The notes under the pieces: generated by a model
Told to the model about the DNA's origin: nothing
What the model saw: only the letters and a program-made list of their open reading frames with translations
The model's database searches: none
Assembly (NCBI RefSeq): GCF_048593235.1
Contig: NC_133622.1
Coordinates: 246,144,055 to 246,208,054 of the forward strand
From: Sminthopsis crassicaudata
Taxonomy: Eukaryota
Direction of reading: 5' to 3'
Length of the DNA stretch: 64,000 nt
Shown here: piece by piece, positions 13,441 through 24,748 of the stretch
Layout: every line of letters begins with the position of its first letter
Position numbering within the stretch: the stretch's first letter is position 1
Position numbers and translations under genes: made by a program

Positions 13441-13815
13441 AAATGTTAAATAATAAAATTTAAAAAAGTAAATTAGGAATTATGAATAAATGAATTAAAC
13501 ATTTAAAAAGCATATTCATTGTTAAATCACATTATCCTGTGAAAATGAGTCATATTATTTGCATCTATTCCTCTGATTGGACTCTTTGACTGGAGAGCAG
13601 AGCCATGCTGCTTTTTTCCCCCTGGGAGCACCCAACACAGTCTTCTTTTAATTTTCTACAAGTTGCACTGCCTTTGCATTTTTCCTTTATCCCCTTGTGC
13701 TAAGTTCTGTTTCCCCTTCATCTTCCCCTACTCATTTCTTTACACTTAACAGAGTTCCTGATATCCAAGAGGCATTCAGTAAATGTTTATTGACTATTGA
13801 TTAAGACTGACAGAC

Positions 13816-13922
13816 TCCCAGTGGCCTATTCTTATGTGGCTGATATTTTAATAAGACTGAAGGGAGAACTTTTTTCATTGGATTGTTTATAAAATAGATT
13901 CTTCCCTAATTATTCTCAAGGG
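13816..13922 (+). promoter_or_regulatory. Candidate OR promoter module for OR gene 2
   Basis: TCCCAGTGG 13816-13824, TTTTAATAA 13846-13854, TAATTA-T-TCTCAAGGG 13907-13922. Confidence 0.6.
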
Positions 13923-16900
13923 CTGGGCGAAAAAATTCATAGCAACCCAGAGCATGATGATGTTGATATTGAATACTCTGGTGATTTCACAGCACCTTCT
14001 ACAAAAGACATTGGGCAATATATTTCACCAAGTTCTGTAACATAAAAATCACCAAAATCTCCATAGTGATAGTAGGTTCAGAGGTTTAGACTTGAGTACC
14101 TTGACATATTTTTGAATCTGCCCATCAGGATGGAATAAATTGATGAGGAATGAGATAATGTACAGATTATGTTTAGAAATGTAAGTAGATGGAGAACTGT
14201 GACAAAGACAACATATACTGTAAAGTATGCACATCAGAACGAATAACTCAGGTATTTTCATTGTGATTGTCATTATTTTTCTTTGTGACCATGAGTATGC
14301 TCAGGTGCTTAATGTATGAAGTAATGATCATGGAGATGATTTCTCTGTGATTCTTTTGTGTGTATGAGAAGTGATTTGGTGGCAGTACAGATGGTATGGT
14401 AGGTGAAATTAATCTGAATTTTACTTCTGGCTTGTCTGAGCTGTATAATCATTTCAGCTTCCCTCTGAGAATATATTCATTCTTCCTGTATGTATCAGTT
14501 GTACATGCTTATTTACTTGCTTTTTCCTTCTAGTTTACTCTAATTTCATGGAGGTCAGGGATTTCTTTACCTTTTTTTTTTTTTTCAATCCCATGTTTAC
14601 CACAATATCTGGGACATGATAGACACTTAATAAATACTTGTCAGTTTACTGTAAGTTGACTATGCATAAGCTTTAGCATCTCTGAGCCATTACCATACCT
14701 GTAACATGTGCATAGCATTATCTTTGTAACTCAGTCATGTGGAGATGGTATGTAAATATACTTTGTGAATATCAAGAGTCCTATGACAAATGAAAAATGA
14801 GTCATAATTATTGTTCTGATCTCTGATTGTAGACCATAGCTATATCTTCATTTAACTGAAATTTGTACCATTGAACACGAGGAGAGCTTGGCAAGAGTGA
14901 CAATTCCTTGTTGCATTTTGTTTGTAGCATAGTCTTTATGATGAAACCTGGTAGACATAGGAACTATATGTCGATTCTAACTTTACTTTTTTGTTTCCCC
15001 CATCCTTTTCTGTGTAAATTATTTTGCTGCAAAAAAGATGAGTTGGACTTTTGAATAAATTCACTGGAGAGAGTGCTGAATTTGGAAGCAGAAGACAATT
15101 ATTTAATTCTGGCTTTGTAATTTACAAACTGGAAAAATTAGAGTCAATTATTGTTTGTCTCTGTTGTAGAAATAAAGTACTTGGAAAATTGAACTTTAAA
15201 CTTCTAGTTTTGAGTTTCTGCTCCTATGATCATGTTTGAAATAGATATTCAGATAAAGACGATGGACTTCACTGAGAGCCTCAGCAATTCCCCAGCTATT
15301 TTCAGATAAAGTGTATGATCTTCAGTTGCTCTTTCTGTTGGAAGCTACTTTTGAATGACTTGAAATCGATGATAGCCAGTAGGTCCCCTAGGTTCTTCTA
15401 ACTGGAAAATGGACATTTTTATGTGTAGGAAATAAAGCAGTGAAATTTCTCAGTGAAAATTAAAATTAGGAGGTTGATGATATGACCTGAAACCCTCTAA
15501 ATTGGTATTTTATCATATTATCAATGGGTAATTCTAGGTCTCTGACATCTTTCTCAAGTCTGGAGCATAATACATATTTTGTTTATATAAGTGTGAGTAT
15601 ATTAATGTGTATAGGTTTATATCTATTATAAGTGAATGTATATAGATATATCTATACACACATATACTATATATAGTAAGATTGTGCTAAATCATTAAGG
15701 GCACTGAATTTTGACAATATTGTTTAAATGATTGAATTGTGAGACTTTGTGATGGGATATTTGGAAGGTTGGAGAATTAACTCCAATGTTATCTTGGGAA
15801 TTCAGATTTGTGGAAAAGTTTGGAAAGAGGCTGAAGTCTAGAAGAGTGTTTGTGGTTAAATGGAAGGGGGATACAGATCTATTTATCATCTGTCTATCTA
15901 TCATCTATCTATCTTCCTATTTATCCATCATCTGTGTCTATCTATCTATCACCTCTATAATATATGAGCATATAAACATTGTCATGTATATAAAATACAT
16001 ACTATATATATTTATATATGTAACATTTGTATATAGATTCATACACACGTATATGTATATCTACATGTAATTCCCACAATGTTTTTATGGCTGTATGTAG
16101 CTTCCATCTTTTATATCTATTAATTTATTGTCTATCATGTATCTCTCAAAATGTGTATTTGTATATCCATATATTGATCGCTATCACTACTTCCATCTCT
16201 ATCTCTATCATCTGCATTTCTACTTATACCTCTATGTCTGTCTTGCCTATCTATAAAGTAGACATAGTTTACTCTCCAGTATGTCCCTATAGAAGTAAAA
16301 TCAGAACACCACTCCTAATTCTTTTTTTAAAATAAATTATCTAGTACTATAGTTCTTATGGTAGTCAACCTGGAGAAACAGATTACTTTCACATAATAAG
16401 AAATATTATGCAAAGATTATAGCAATCATAAAAGATGACTTTGGTAGGGGTAGTGCAGATTATTGTCCAAAGCACTAATTTAATAGATGCTCAGTCTGAT
16501 GCCAAAAGGGAGAAATGAAAGGGTCACCCTAAAGTGAAATCAACTCTAAAAATCAGATCTCTTGAATTCCCACTTCCATCATTTGATCATTAAACCAGAT
16601 GGAAGATACATACTAGTCTGGTCTTTTCTGACTTGGGAGAAAGGTGCCTTCCTGGAAAAAGGAAAAATCTTACTCAGCTTATTTACAGAAAAGATACTCA
16701 TTTGAGTGATGATAAATTTATTAAATAGGGATTTTCATCCAGAAGAACAAAAAAGGCTTCTGCTAGCCATTTAAGTTTGAGGGCAGAAATGGGACATCTG
16801 TTGCTTTTGTGAAAGCAAAGTCACAATTGTGGACAGTCTTAACAAGAAGGTGGGAGCACATCGGAATAGTAAAACATTGATCAATTGCTTACTTTTAAAC

Positions 16901-17102
16901 TCGGAATTAGAGATTTTGAAATGCCTGGCAAGTGCATAAAGAAAAGGACCCCAGAGATAAGCAGTAAAGAAAACAAATAAATATATGAAGAATATTTTGG
17001 AAGTGATGACATTTCCATTCTTTCATTTTTTAAATGTAAGCCTATGACATAAATCTTAAATAATATATAGATATTGTTTAAGATCATATTTAAGATATAA
17101 TA

Positions 17103-17298
17103 TATTTACTTAAATTACATATTAATATTTAAGATATAATATATATATGTAATTTAAGTAAATTACCTATATGTAGGTAATCTATGGCTGCACAAATTAA
17201 TATTTACTTAAATTACATATATATATTTAAGATATAATATATATATATATGTAATTTAAGTAAATTACCTATATGTAGGTAATCTATGGCTGCACAAA
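17103..17298. repeat. Tandemly duplicated ~100-bp AT-rich unit, each copy with two inverted repeats
   Basis: Arms tttacttaaattacatat (17105-17122) and atatgtaatttaagtaaa (17145-17162), plus palindrome attaccta-tatg-taggtaat (17162-17181). The unit repeats at 17201-17298. Confidence 0.9.
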
Positions 17299-17410
17299 AG
17301 AGAAAGAAGGACATCTGGGTTGCACATCTCAGGAGGGACAGGGACTGAATGCCACATAAGGAATTCACAATGAATTTAGGAAATGTAACGGAGGTGGTCC
17401 CAATATCCAG
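17283..17410 (-). pseudogene. Inverted 128-bp fragment of an OR14-like coding sequence (TM2-ECL1-TM3)
   Basis: Reverse complement translates LDIGTTSVTFPKFIVNSLCGIQSLSLLRCATQMSFFLFCAAI. By manual count it has 18 mismatches in 128 nt to OR gene 2 (18606-18733) and 18-21 to genes 3-5. Confidence 0.92.
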
Positions 17411-17424
17411 ACAGAGTAATTAAA

Positions 17425-17670
17425 CAGGTAGGTAGCACCATAAAGAGTGCTGGACCTGACTCCAAGAAGATTCAATTTCGTGAGTTCAAATCCGGTCACA
17501 GACAGTTAATTGGCAATGTCATTCTTGGCAAGTTACTCTTGTGTGCCTCAGTTCCTTATCTGTAGAAAGAACTGGAGAAGTAAATGGTAAACCAATCCAG
17601 TATCTTTGCTCAGAAAACCCCCAATGGGGTCATAAAGAGTCAGAAATGAAAAAAATGACTTAACATCAAC
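17425..17670 (+). mobile_element. MIR/Mar1-type CORE-SINE (paralogous copies near 28210, 40980, 52215)
   Basis: gagttcaaatcc B-box, gtgtgcctcagttccttatctgta core, gaactggagaagtaaatggtaaacc tail. Confidence 0.75.
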
Positions 17671-18407
17671 AGAGTAATCTACTGTTTCTAGTATTAGAAA
17701 TATTTGCATTTTTTAAATAAGAGGAAAACTGCATTTAGAGTCAGAATAATTGGTTTCAAATTCTAACTTTACTTCATACAAAGCACTGAATCTGTGTGGG
17801 TTCTTCTTTACCAATCTATGAAATAATATCTTCTATAAAATTAGCTTAAGTTATATAATGTTTGCATGTTTGCAAACTACTTTCCTGAATACAGGAAATA
17901 TGAATACAACATATGAAATATGCAATAAAAATAGGAATCTTTCCCTCACTTTAATCTTTCATTCTCTCTCTAATGAGATTTATATATATATTTACAAATA
18001 TATGTATTTAAGTGTGTATAAGTATATATGTATATGAGCACAATGGGTGTGTGTGTGTACATGCTCACATGATGAACTCTATTTCCCTCCTTAGTGATGA
18101 TAGCCTTCTTTATTATCTTTGCATTAGTATCATTCACTTTCCTAATGTTCATCGTGTATCACTTCCTCAATATATTTTACAGAATTAAGTATTTAAAAGT
18201 CTGTTCCAGAACTATTGGATGCAGCTCTGCCTTCAGTTCATTCTGGCCTTAAAATATAGTGTAATTTTGTTTTGGTTCAGGCTAAAGGGGACAAAATAGT
18301 TTTCAAGTTCTAGCTAAATAAGTATTTAATTCTTTCTCCTTTTAACACGTTGTTTAATTGCTATTCATTCTTATTTGTTTTTAATTAAACTACAGCACTG
18401 CAGCAGG

Positions 18408-19364
18408 ATGGGCAACTTGTCAATCATCACAGAGTTCCTCCTCATGGAGTTTTCCAGCACACGTGAGCTGCAGGTCTTACATGCTGTGCTGTTCCTGCTG
18501 ATTTACCTGGCAGCCCTTCTGGGGAACCTTCTCACCTGTGCTGCAATTATCACTGACACACACCTTCACTGTCCTATGTATTTTTTCCTGAGTAACTTAT
18601 CCCTGCTGGATATTGGATCCATCTCTGTCACACTTCCTAAATTTGTTGTGAATTCCTTGAGTGGTGTTCAGTCCCTGTCCCTCCTGGGATGTGCTGCCCA
18701 GATGTTCTTCTTTCTCTTTTTTGCAGCCACAGAGTTTGCTTTGCTTGTGGCCATGTCCTATGACCGCTTTGTGGCCATCTGTCAGCCCCTCCATTATGGT
18801 ATCATCATGACTCCAGCACGTTGTCTCTGGGCAGCAGCTGGCTCATGGCTCAGTGGGCTTCTTTATTCAGCCGTACACACAGGGAACATGTTCCGGCTGC
18901 CCTTCTCAGGATCTAATGTGATCCACCAGTTTTTCTGTGACATCCCTCATGTCTTGAAAGTCTCAACCTCGGATGTGTTTAATACTGAGTTTATATTAAT
19001 TGTAGTAAGCTTGTGTTGTTTGTCATGCTGCTTTGCCTTTTTAATTGCATCCTATGCTCGCATCTTCTCCAGTGTGCTCAAGATTCCTTCTGTGGAAGGA
19101 CGCTACAAGGCCATTTCAACCTGTTCCCCTCAGTTGATAATCCTCATGTTATTCCTCATTTCTATAATGCTTGCTGTCCTCAGGGAGGCATCAGACACAT
19201 CACCTATCCAAAACCTTTTAGTTGCAGTGGCTTATACAACTTTACCTCCCCTGCTGAACCCTCTCATCTATAGCCTGAGGAACCAGAAGGTCACAGCTGC
19301 CATGGGCAAGATGATCAAAAGGATAGTTTTTCCCTACACTTCCTTGAAAATATTAAAAAGTTGA
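18408..19364 (+). CDS. Olfactory receptor, family 14-like (OR gene 2), 318 aa, intact
   Basis: LHCPMYFFLSNLS, MSYDRFVAICQPLHY, FFCDIP, KAISTCSPQL, PPLLNPLIYSLRN. First ATG in frame is 18408; the track start at 18375 is a non-ATG codon. Confidence 0.96.
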   Translation: MGNLSIITEFLLMEFSSTRELQVLHAVLFLLIYLAALLGNLLTCAAIITDTHLHCPMYFFLSNLSLLDIGSISVTLPKFVVNSLSGVQSLSLLGCAAQMFFFLFFAATEFALLVAMSYDRFVAICQPLHYGIIMTPARCLWAAAGSWLSGLLYSAVHTGNMFRLPFSGSNVIHQFFCDIPHVLKVSTSDVFNTEFILIVVSLCCLSCCFAFLIASYARIFSSVLKIPSVEGRYKAISTCSPQLIILMLFLISIMLAVLREASDTSPIQNLLVAVAYTTLPPLLNPLIYSLRNQKVTAAMGKMIKRIVFPYTSLKILKS

Positions 19365-20879
19365 AAAGTATACATTTAGGGTCTCAAATGTGTGAGGTGA
19401 TACATTAGGTCATTTAGAAAAGACACCCAAAAACAGCGTCATGTAGGAAAATGCCTCATAGGGGAAATATTACATTGGGCAGAATGAATATGTTATTTAT
19501 TTTAGCATAACTTGAACCAACTTGTAAGTGCTTATTGACTATAGTGAAATAATCATGACACTAACCCATTGTCTCTGAGCCACATTGCCCTCAGAGGAAT
19601 GGATGGAACACTCATTGATCCCCTGTGAGAGCAGTAGGTTAGCTTAACCAAAAGCAGCCATCAAGATGGTTGTGTTGTTTCTACCCTAGATACGAATCTT
19701 GGCTTGTCACTTCCATTTCACATTTTTGTTTCCCTTTGTCTTTATGATGGTAGTGATCTTCTTTGCATGTTGAAGATGTATTCCTCATTCCAAACAGATA
19801 TAGTCAGATAGGCACACACACATACATACACATTCATGTAAAACACATGTGTACACATTTCCATACACATGTGTGTTTGTGTGTGTGTGCATGCTCTAGT
19901 TTTATGGGTGAGAATTTAAACTTTTTATTCCTTAAGTTGCTCATTTGTAACATGGCATGGTTGGCTTGATGATTTCTATATTGCCTCCATCTAAAGTTTT
20001 TAGTTATGATTTTGCAAAAAAAAAATTTCTTTATACATTAAGCTGGGATTGATATTCAAATACATCAACATTATACATTATGTGTCTTTTCCCTTTATGT
20101 TCTTATTGCATTTAATTTTCTACTGCACCTAGACAAATAAATTCCTTATCTCTTCTGGTAGATTCTCTGTTCACTTTCCAATAGCATATATCTAGGGCAA
20201 GTGGTACAAATATTGGTTCCTTTGAAGTAATCATGTGCATTTCAATTGTCACAGTATGAAATTACTATTATACAAAATATGCTGATGGCTTCTAGTTCAC
20301 GGAATATGTCCAGTCTGAAATTGAAAAATACACCCACCTCAGTGATTTAATTATTTAGTCTAATTAGGATTTAGTTAAATTTCTTGGTGACAAAGATATT
20401 TTCATTTTTATCTTTATGTCCTTAGCACTTTTTTTAGTTAGAATAGGTGCTTCATAAATTATTGTATATTAATTCCAAATTTCTTAAGAACTGNNNNNNN
20501 NNNNNNNNNNNNNNNNNNNNNNNNNNNNNNNNNNNNNNNNNNNNNNNNNNNNNNNNNNNNNNNNNNNNNNNNNNNNNNNNNNNNNNNNNNNNNNNNNNNN
20601 NNNNNNNNNNNNNNNNNNNNNNNNNNNNNNNNNNNNNNNNNTTTATTTCATGGGATACCATTGACAAAAATTTGATTAATTGGAGAAGAGAGAAATAGAG
20701 AGGTGGGAGGAGAGATGGGGGAGAGAGAAAGAGAGAGATAAAAAGGAAGAGATAGAGAGGGACAAATAGAAAGAAAAAAAAGGACAGAGGAAGAGAGGAA
20801 CAGAGGAGCAGATGAAGAGAGGGAGAGAAAGATTGCAGTATGAATTATTTATTATTATTATTAAATGATCATGAGTTAG

Positions 20880-23800
20880 ATGGCAAAGTAAAGCTAGGGA
20901 TTCCATTAGCTCTCCTAAATTCCCCTCTAAGCAACTTTAAAGTGATGCATAAAATCTGAATCTAGAATGGTATAAACAACAAAAAGTTGGAGTAAAGAAT
21001 TTTCCAGCCTGAAGCTGGAGAGGAGATTTGCAGGAAAGATCTATCTCATAAGGATGATGGATCAGGCTTGGAGTACAGTGTAGATTGAAATTTGGAAGTC
21101 GAATAGGGCCATGGGGCTGGCTATTTTCTTTCTAGGTTTGGGGACAAAAACTCACTATTTAGCTTTAAAATATGCTGGGAAAACTAGAAAGTCTTTTTGC
21201 AAGAAAATAGTATAGAAAAACATCTCACATCATCTATCAAGATAAAGTGAAAATGGGCACCTGATTTTCTCATAAATGGTAATACCATAAGCCAACCCAT
21301 GGAACATGGAATATTTTACTTTTCAAATCTTTGAAGAAGTGAAGAACGTATGATCAAACAAGAGATATATAACTTCATGAAATTCAAAATGGACAATTTA
21401 GATTATATGAAATTAAAACTTTTTTTGCACAAACAAAACAAATGCACCTAGGATAATGAGGAAAATAGAGACATGGGAAATAATTTTTATAACTGGCATT
21501 TCTATGAAAGACCTCATTTCTAAAATATATATTATGGTGAGCCAAATTGATAAGAATACATATCCTTCCCTCCATTAGTAAAGAGTGAAATATATGGACA
21601 GACAGTTTTCACATGAAGAATTTAAAGCTATTAATAGTCATATGAATAATGCTCTAAATCACCATTGATTAGAAAAATGCAAATTAAAACAATTCTGTGA
21701 TACCACTTAACACCTCATAGATTGACTTATGATAGAAAAGGAAAATGATAATAGTTGAATGAGTTAAAAAAAAAAGCTAATGCAGTGTTAACTGAAATGT
21801 GAACTGATGTGACTATTTTGGAGAACAATTTGGAAATATACCCAAAGAGCTATAAAATTCTGAATACCCTTTGATTTAGTATTAACACAACTTGATCTAT
21901 ATGCTAAATATATTTTTAAAAGGAGGATTTTGTATAAAAATATTTGTGGTGTTGGCAAAAAATTGGAAATGTCCATCAAGAGGGGAATAACTTAACAAGT
22001 TGTGGTATATAATTGTAAAAGAAAAATAATGAGTAGGATGATCTTAGAAAAACCTGGAAATACTTACATGAACTAATACAAAGTTAAGTGAACAGAATCA
22101 TGAAAACATTGGACACACTAACAGGACTAATGTAACATGATCAACTATGTTATGCTCAACAATACAATGCTCCAAGACAATTTCCTAAGGACATATGATT
22201 AAAAATGCAATACATATCCAAAGAAAGAAATATTTGGAGATCAAAGTAGACAACAATTCACTTTATTTCTTTTGTCCTTTTTTGGTTTCTATTTTCTTTC
22301 ACATAATTAATACCACTGAAATACATTTTTTGGTAACGTTTTGCTTTGGTTTTCTTGGAGGTCTTTGGGGCAGCCTTATTTTCAGCAGATTAAGCACCAC
22401 AAGAATAGCCAGATGCTAAAGTCCAAATCTTTATTGTTTCCTTTAAAGTCTTGTCTCCTTGCTTGGGGCTTCAGCTAGCTTTCTTAGAGGCCTTCTGGAG
22501 TCTTGGTTTCAGTGGAGAAGTGCAGGAGGCCAGGCCAGCCACTACAAGGCTGATGAAGATGGAAATCTCTCTCCTTTTTCTGAGAGCTTTAGCTCCCATC
22601 CTATATGCGCTATACTGAGTATAAACCAATCATTATATCATTAGGAAATTATTATTTGTTATAAGATAAAATCAATCATACCGAATTTAGAGAAATATTA
22701 AGCACCATACTAAACTAGATAACCATTGTATCATCAATTCTATTGACTTAACACTTTGTAAGAATCCTTGTTTCAGAGGTCTGTCCCATAATAATTTTTC
22801 ATAATCACAAATATATACACTATATGAAATTGCTTATCATCTCAGGGAGAGGTTATGGATGGGAGGGAGGAAGAGAATTGGTAACTCCTATGACATCAAG
22901 TTGTCCTGACATCTAGCTCTTTGGGAAAGGCAAAGTTAGATAATATATTTGGAACTACAAGTAGTGGAAAAGTTAAATGTATTAATACTTTTAAAAATAT
23001 GGATTGTTTTATTTATTTATAAAATGAGATATTCATGAGACATTGTTATTCAGTCATTTTCCAATATGGTCATATATCATGTTTACATGATAGAAAAGCA
23101 AAGTTACAAATGCAGGAAGGGATATGGAAAAATAGAGAACTAATGTACGATTGGTTGAGTTGTGAACTGGTTACGCCATTCTAGGAAATAATTTGGAGCT
23201 ATCATTACCGGTCTCTGTAACTGCATAATATCAATTTCACTTATAGAGGTACTTTATAAAGAAATCAAAGAAAAAAGGAAAGGACTGATCTATACAAACA
23301 TATTTACAGCAGTTTTTGTGATGGCAAAGAATTAGATATTGAAGGAATACTCATCAATTGAGAAATGGCTGAATTATTTGTACTATGTAAAGATTTTGAT
23401 GGAATACTATTGTTTTTAAGAGAAGATTAGAAGGATAGATTTAGGGATGATGTGAGATGTTGTTCTATACTATCTTATTGCAAAAAGACTTTCTAGTTTT
23501 CCCAGCATGTTTTAAAGCTAAAGAGTGAAATTTTGTCCCCAAAACTAGAAAGAAAATAGCCAGTCCCATGGCCCTGTTTGACTTCCAAATTGCAGTCTAC
23601 TCTGTACTCCAACTTGAATGAGTGGTTGTAGAGGAAACTGAGCAGAATCAGAAAACAGGAATTAAAAAAATATTTATTTATTTTTAACATTTAAATTATA
23701 GAGTTCTAGCTCATCTTTCTCACTCCAGCTCTTCCCCTGGCCACTGGAAATGCTAACAATTTGATATCAATGTGAAATCATGCAAGAAATAGATCCATGT

Positions 23801-24300
23801 CACCATTTCCCAAAAAGGAAGAAAAATAAGAAAGTAATAACAATTTATTTCAATTTGCACTTGAGATGATAATTTATTTCTATGGAGGTAGATAGCATCT
23901 TTCATCATAAATTCATTTAAAATCATCTTGGATCATTTCATGGATGACAATAATAAGTCTTTCACAGATATCATTGAATATTGTTTTTACTGTGGACAGT
24001 TATTGTATGGTTTAGCTTACTTCGCTTTGGAGCAGTTCATGGAATTTTTTCCATGGTTTTCTGAAACCATTCCCTTTATCATTTTTCTTAGCACCATAGT
24101 TCTCCATCACACTCATATGCATAGCTTGTTGTCATTTCTTAACTGATGGGCATCCCCTCAATTTACAATTTTTTACCAGAATAAAAGAGCATCTAAAATA
24201 TTTTTGTACATATAAGTCCGTTTCCTTTTCCTTTGATCTCTTTGGTGTACATACCTGAAAAGGAATGTTTAATACAATTTAAAAAGTAAGTTGGGAATTA
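20880..24300. mobile_element. Old L1 remnants (plus-strand 5' end and ORF2/3' UTR, then a minus-strand 3' piece), part of the duplication unit
   Basis: Collinear with 35100-38760 and 44760-48720; motifs such as caaaatggacaatttagattatatgaaattaaaac correspond to L1 ORF2. Confidence 0.65.
22331..22794 (-). mobile_element. Solo LTR, older ERV family (same family as 58515-58962)
   Basis: Absent from the paralogous L1 at about 36970. Begins TG and is flanked by ttttt on both sides. Its reverse complement aligns at both ends with the LTR at 58515-58962. Confidence 0.7.
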
Positions 24301-24640
24301 TGAATTAAGGAATTAAACATTTAAAAATAATTTTTTAAAACAAAATTATCCTGTGAGATTGACTTAATTATACTACTCACATCTTGTTATTAGTCTCTAC
24401 TCCTCTAATTGGAGGACAAAATCATGACTTGTAAAAATTCCCAATAATGGGGCAATCCAACACAGTCTTTTCAGTTCCTACTAGGTACACTTTCTTTGCA
24501 CTTCTTCATACCTTTGTTCTACATTCTGCCTACTTTTATTCCTCCCCTAATTTACTTCACACTTAGCAGAGTGCCTGGCATACAATAGGCATTCAATAAA
24601 TGTTTAGACTATTGGCTAAGATCTTCATGGGTTGAGACAC

Positions 24641-24748
24641 TCCCAGTAGCCTATATTTTATGACTGATATTTTAATAAGGCTAAAGGAAGAACATTTTTC
24701 ATTATGTTGCTTAAAATAGATTCTATTTTATTTAATTATTCTCAAGAG
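24641..24748 (+). promoter_or_regulatory. Candidate OR promoter module for OR gene 3
   Basis: TCCCAGTAG 24641-24649, TTTTAATAA 24670-24678, TAATTA-T-TCTCAAGAG 24733-24748. Confidence 0.6.

Noticed and set aside
13950-14045. C/D box snoRNA in the conserved block (ATGATGA in four of five copies)
   Set aside because: No conserved CTGA D box at a suitable distance and no terminal stem.
18597-19273. Recurrent antisense and shifted-frame ORFs inside the OR genes (also 9026, 29465, 29881, 42764)
   Set aside because: Shadows of the conserved OR coding sequence; they recur only because the genes are paralogs.
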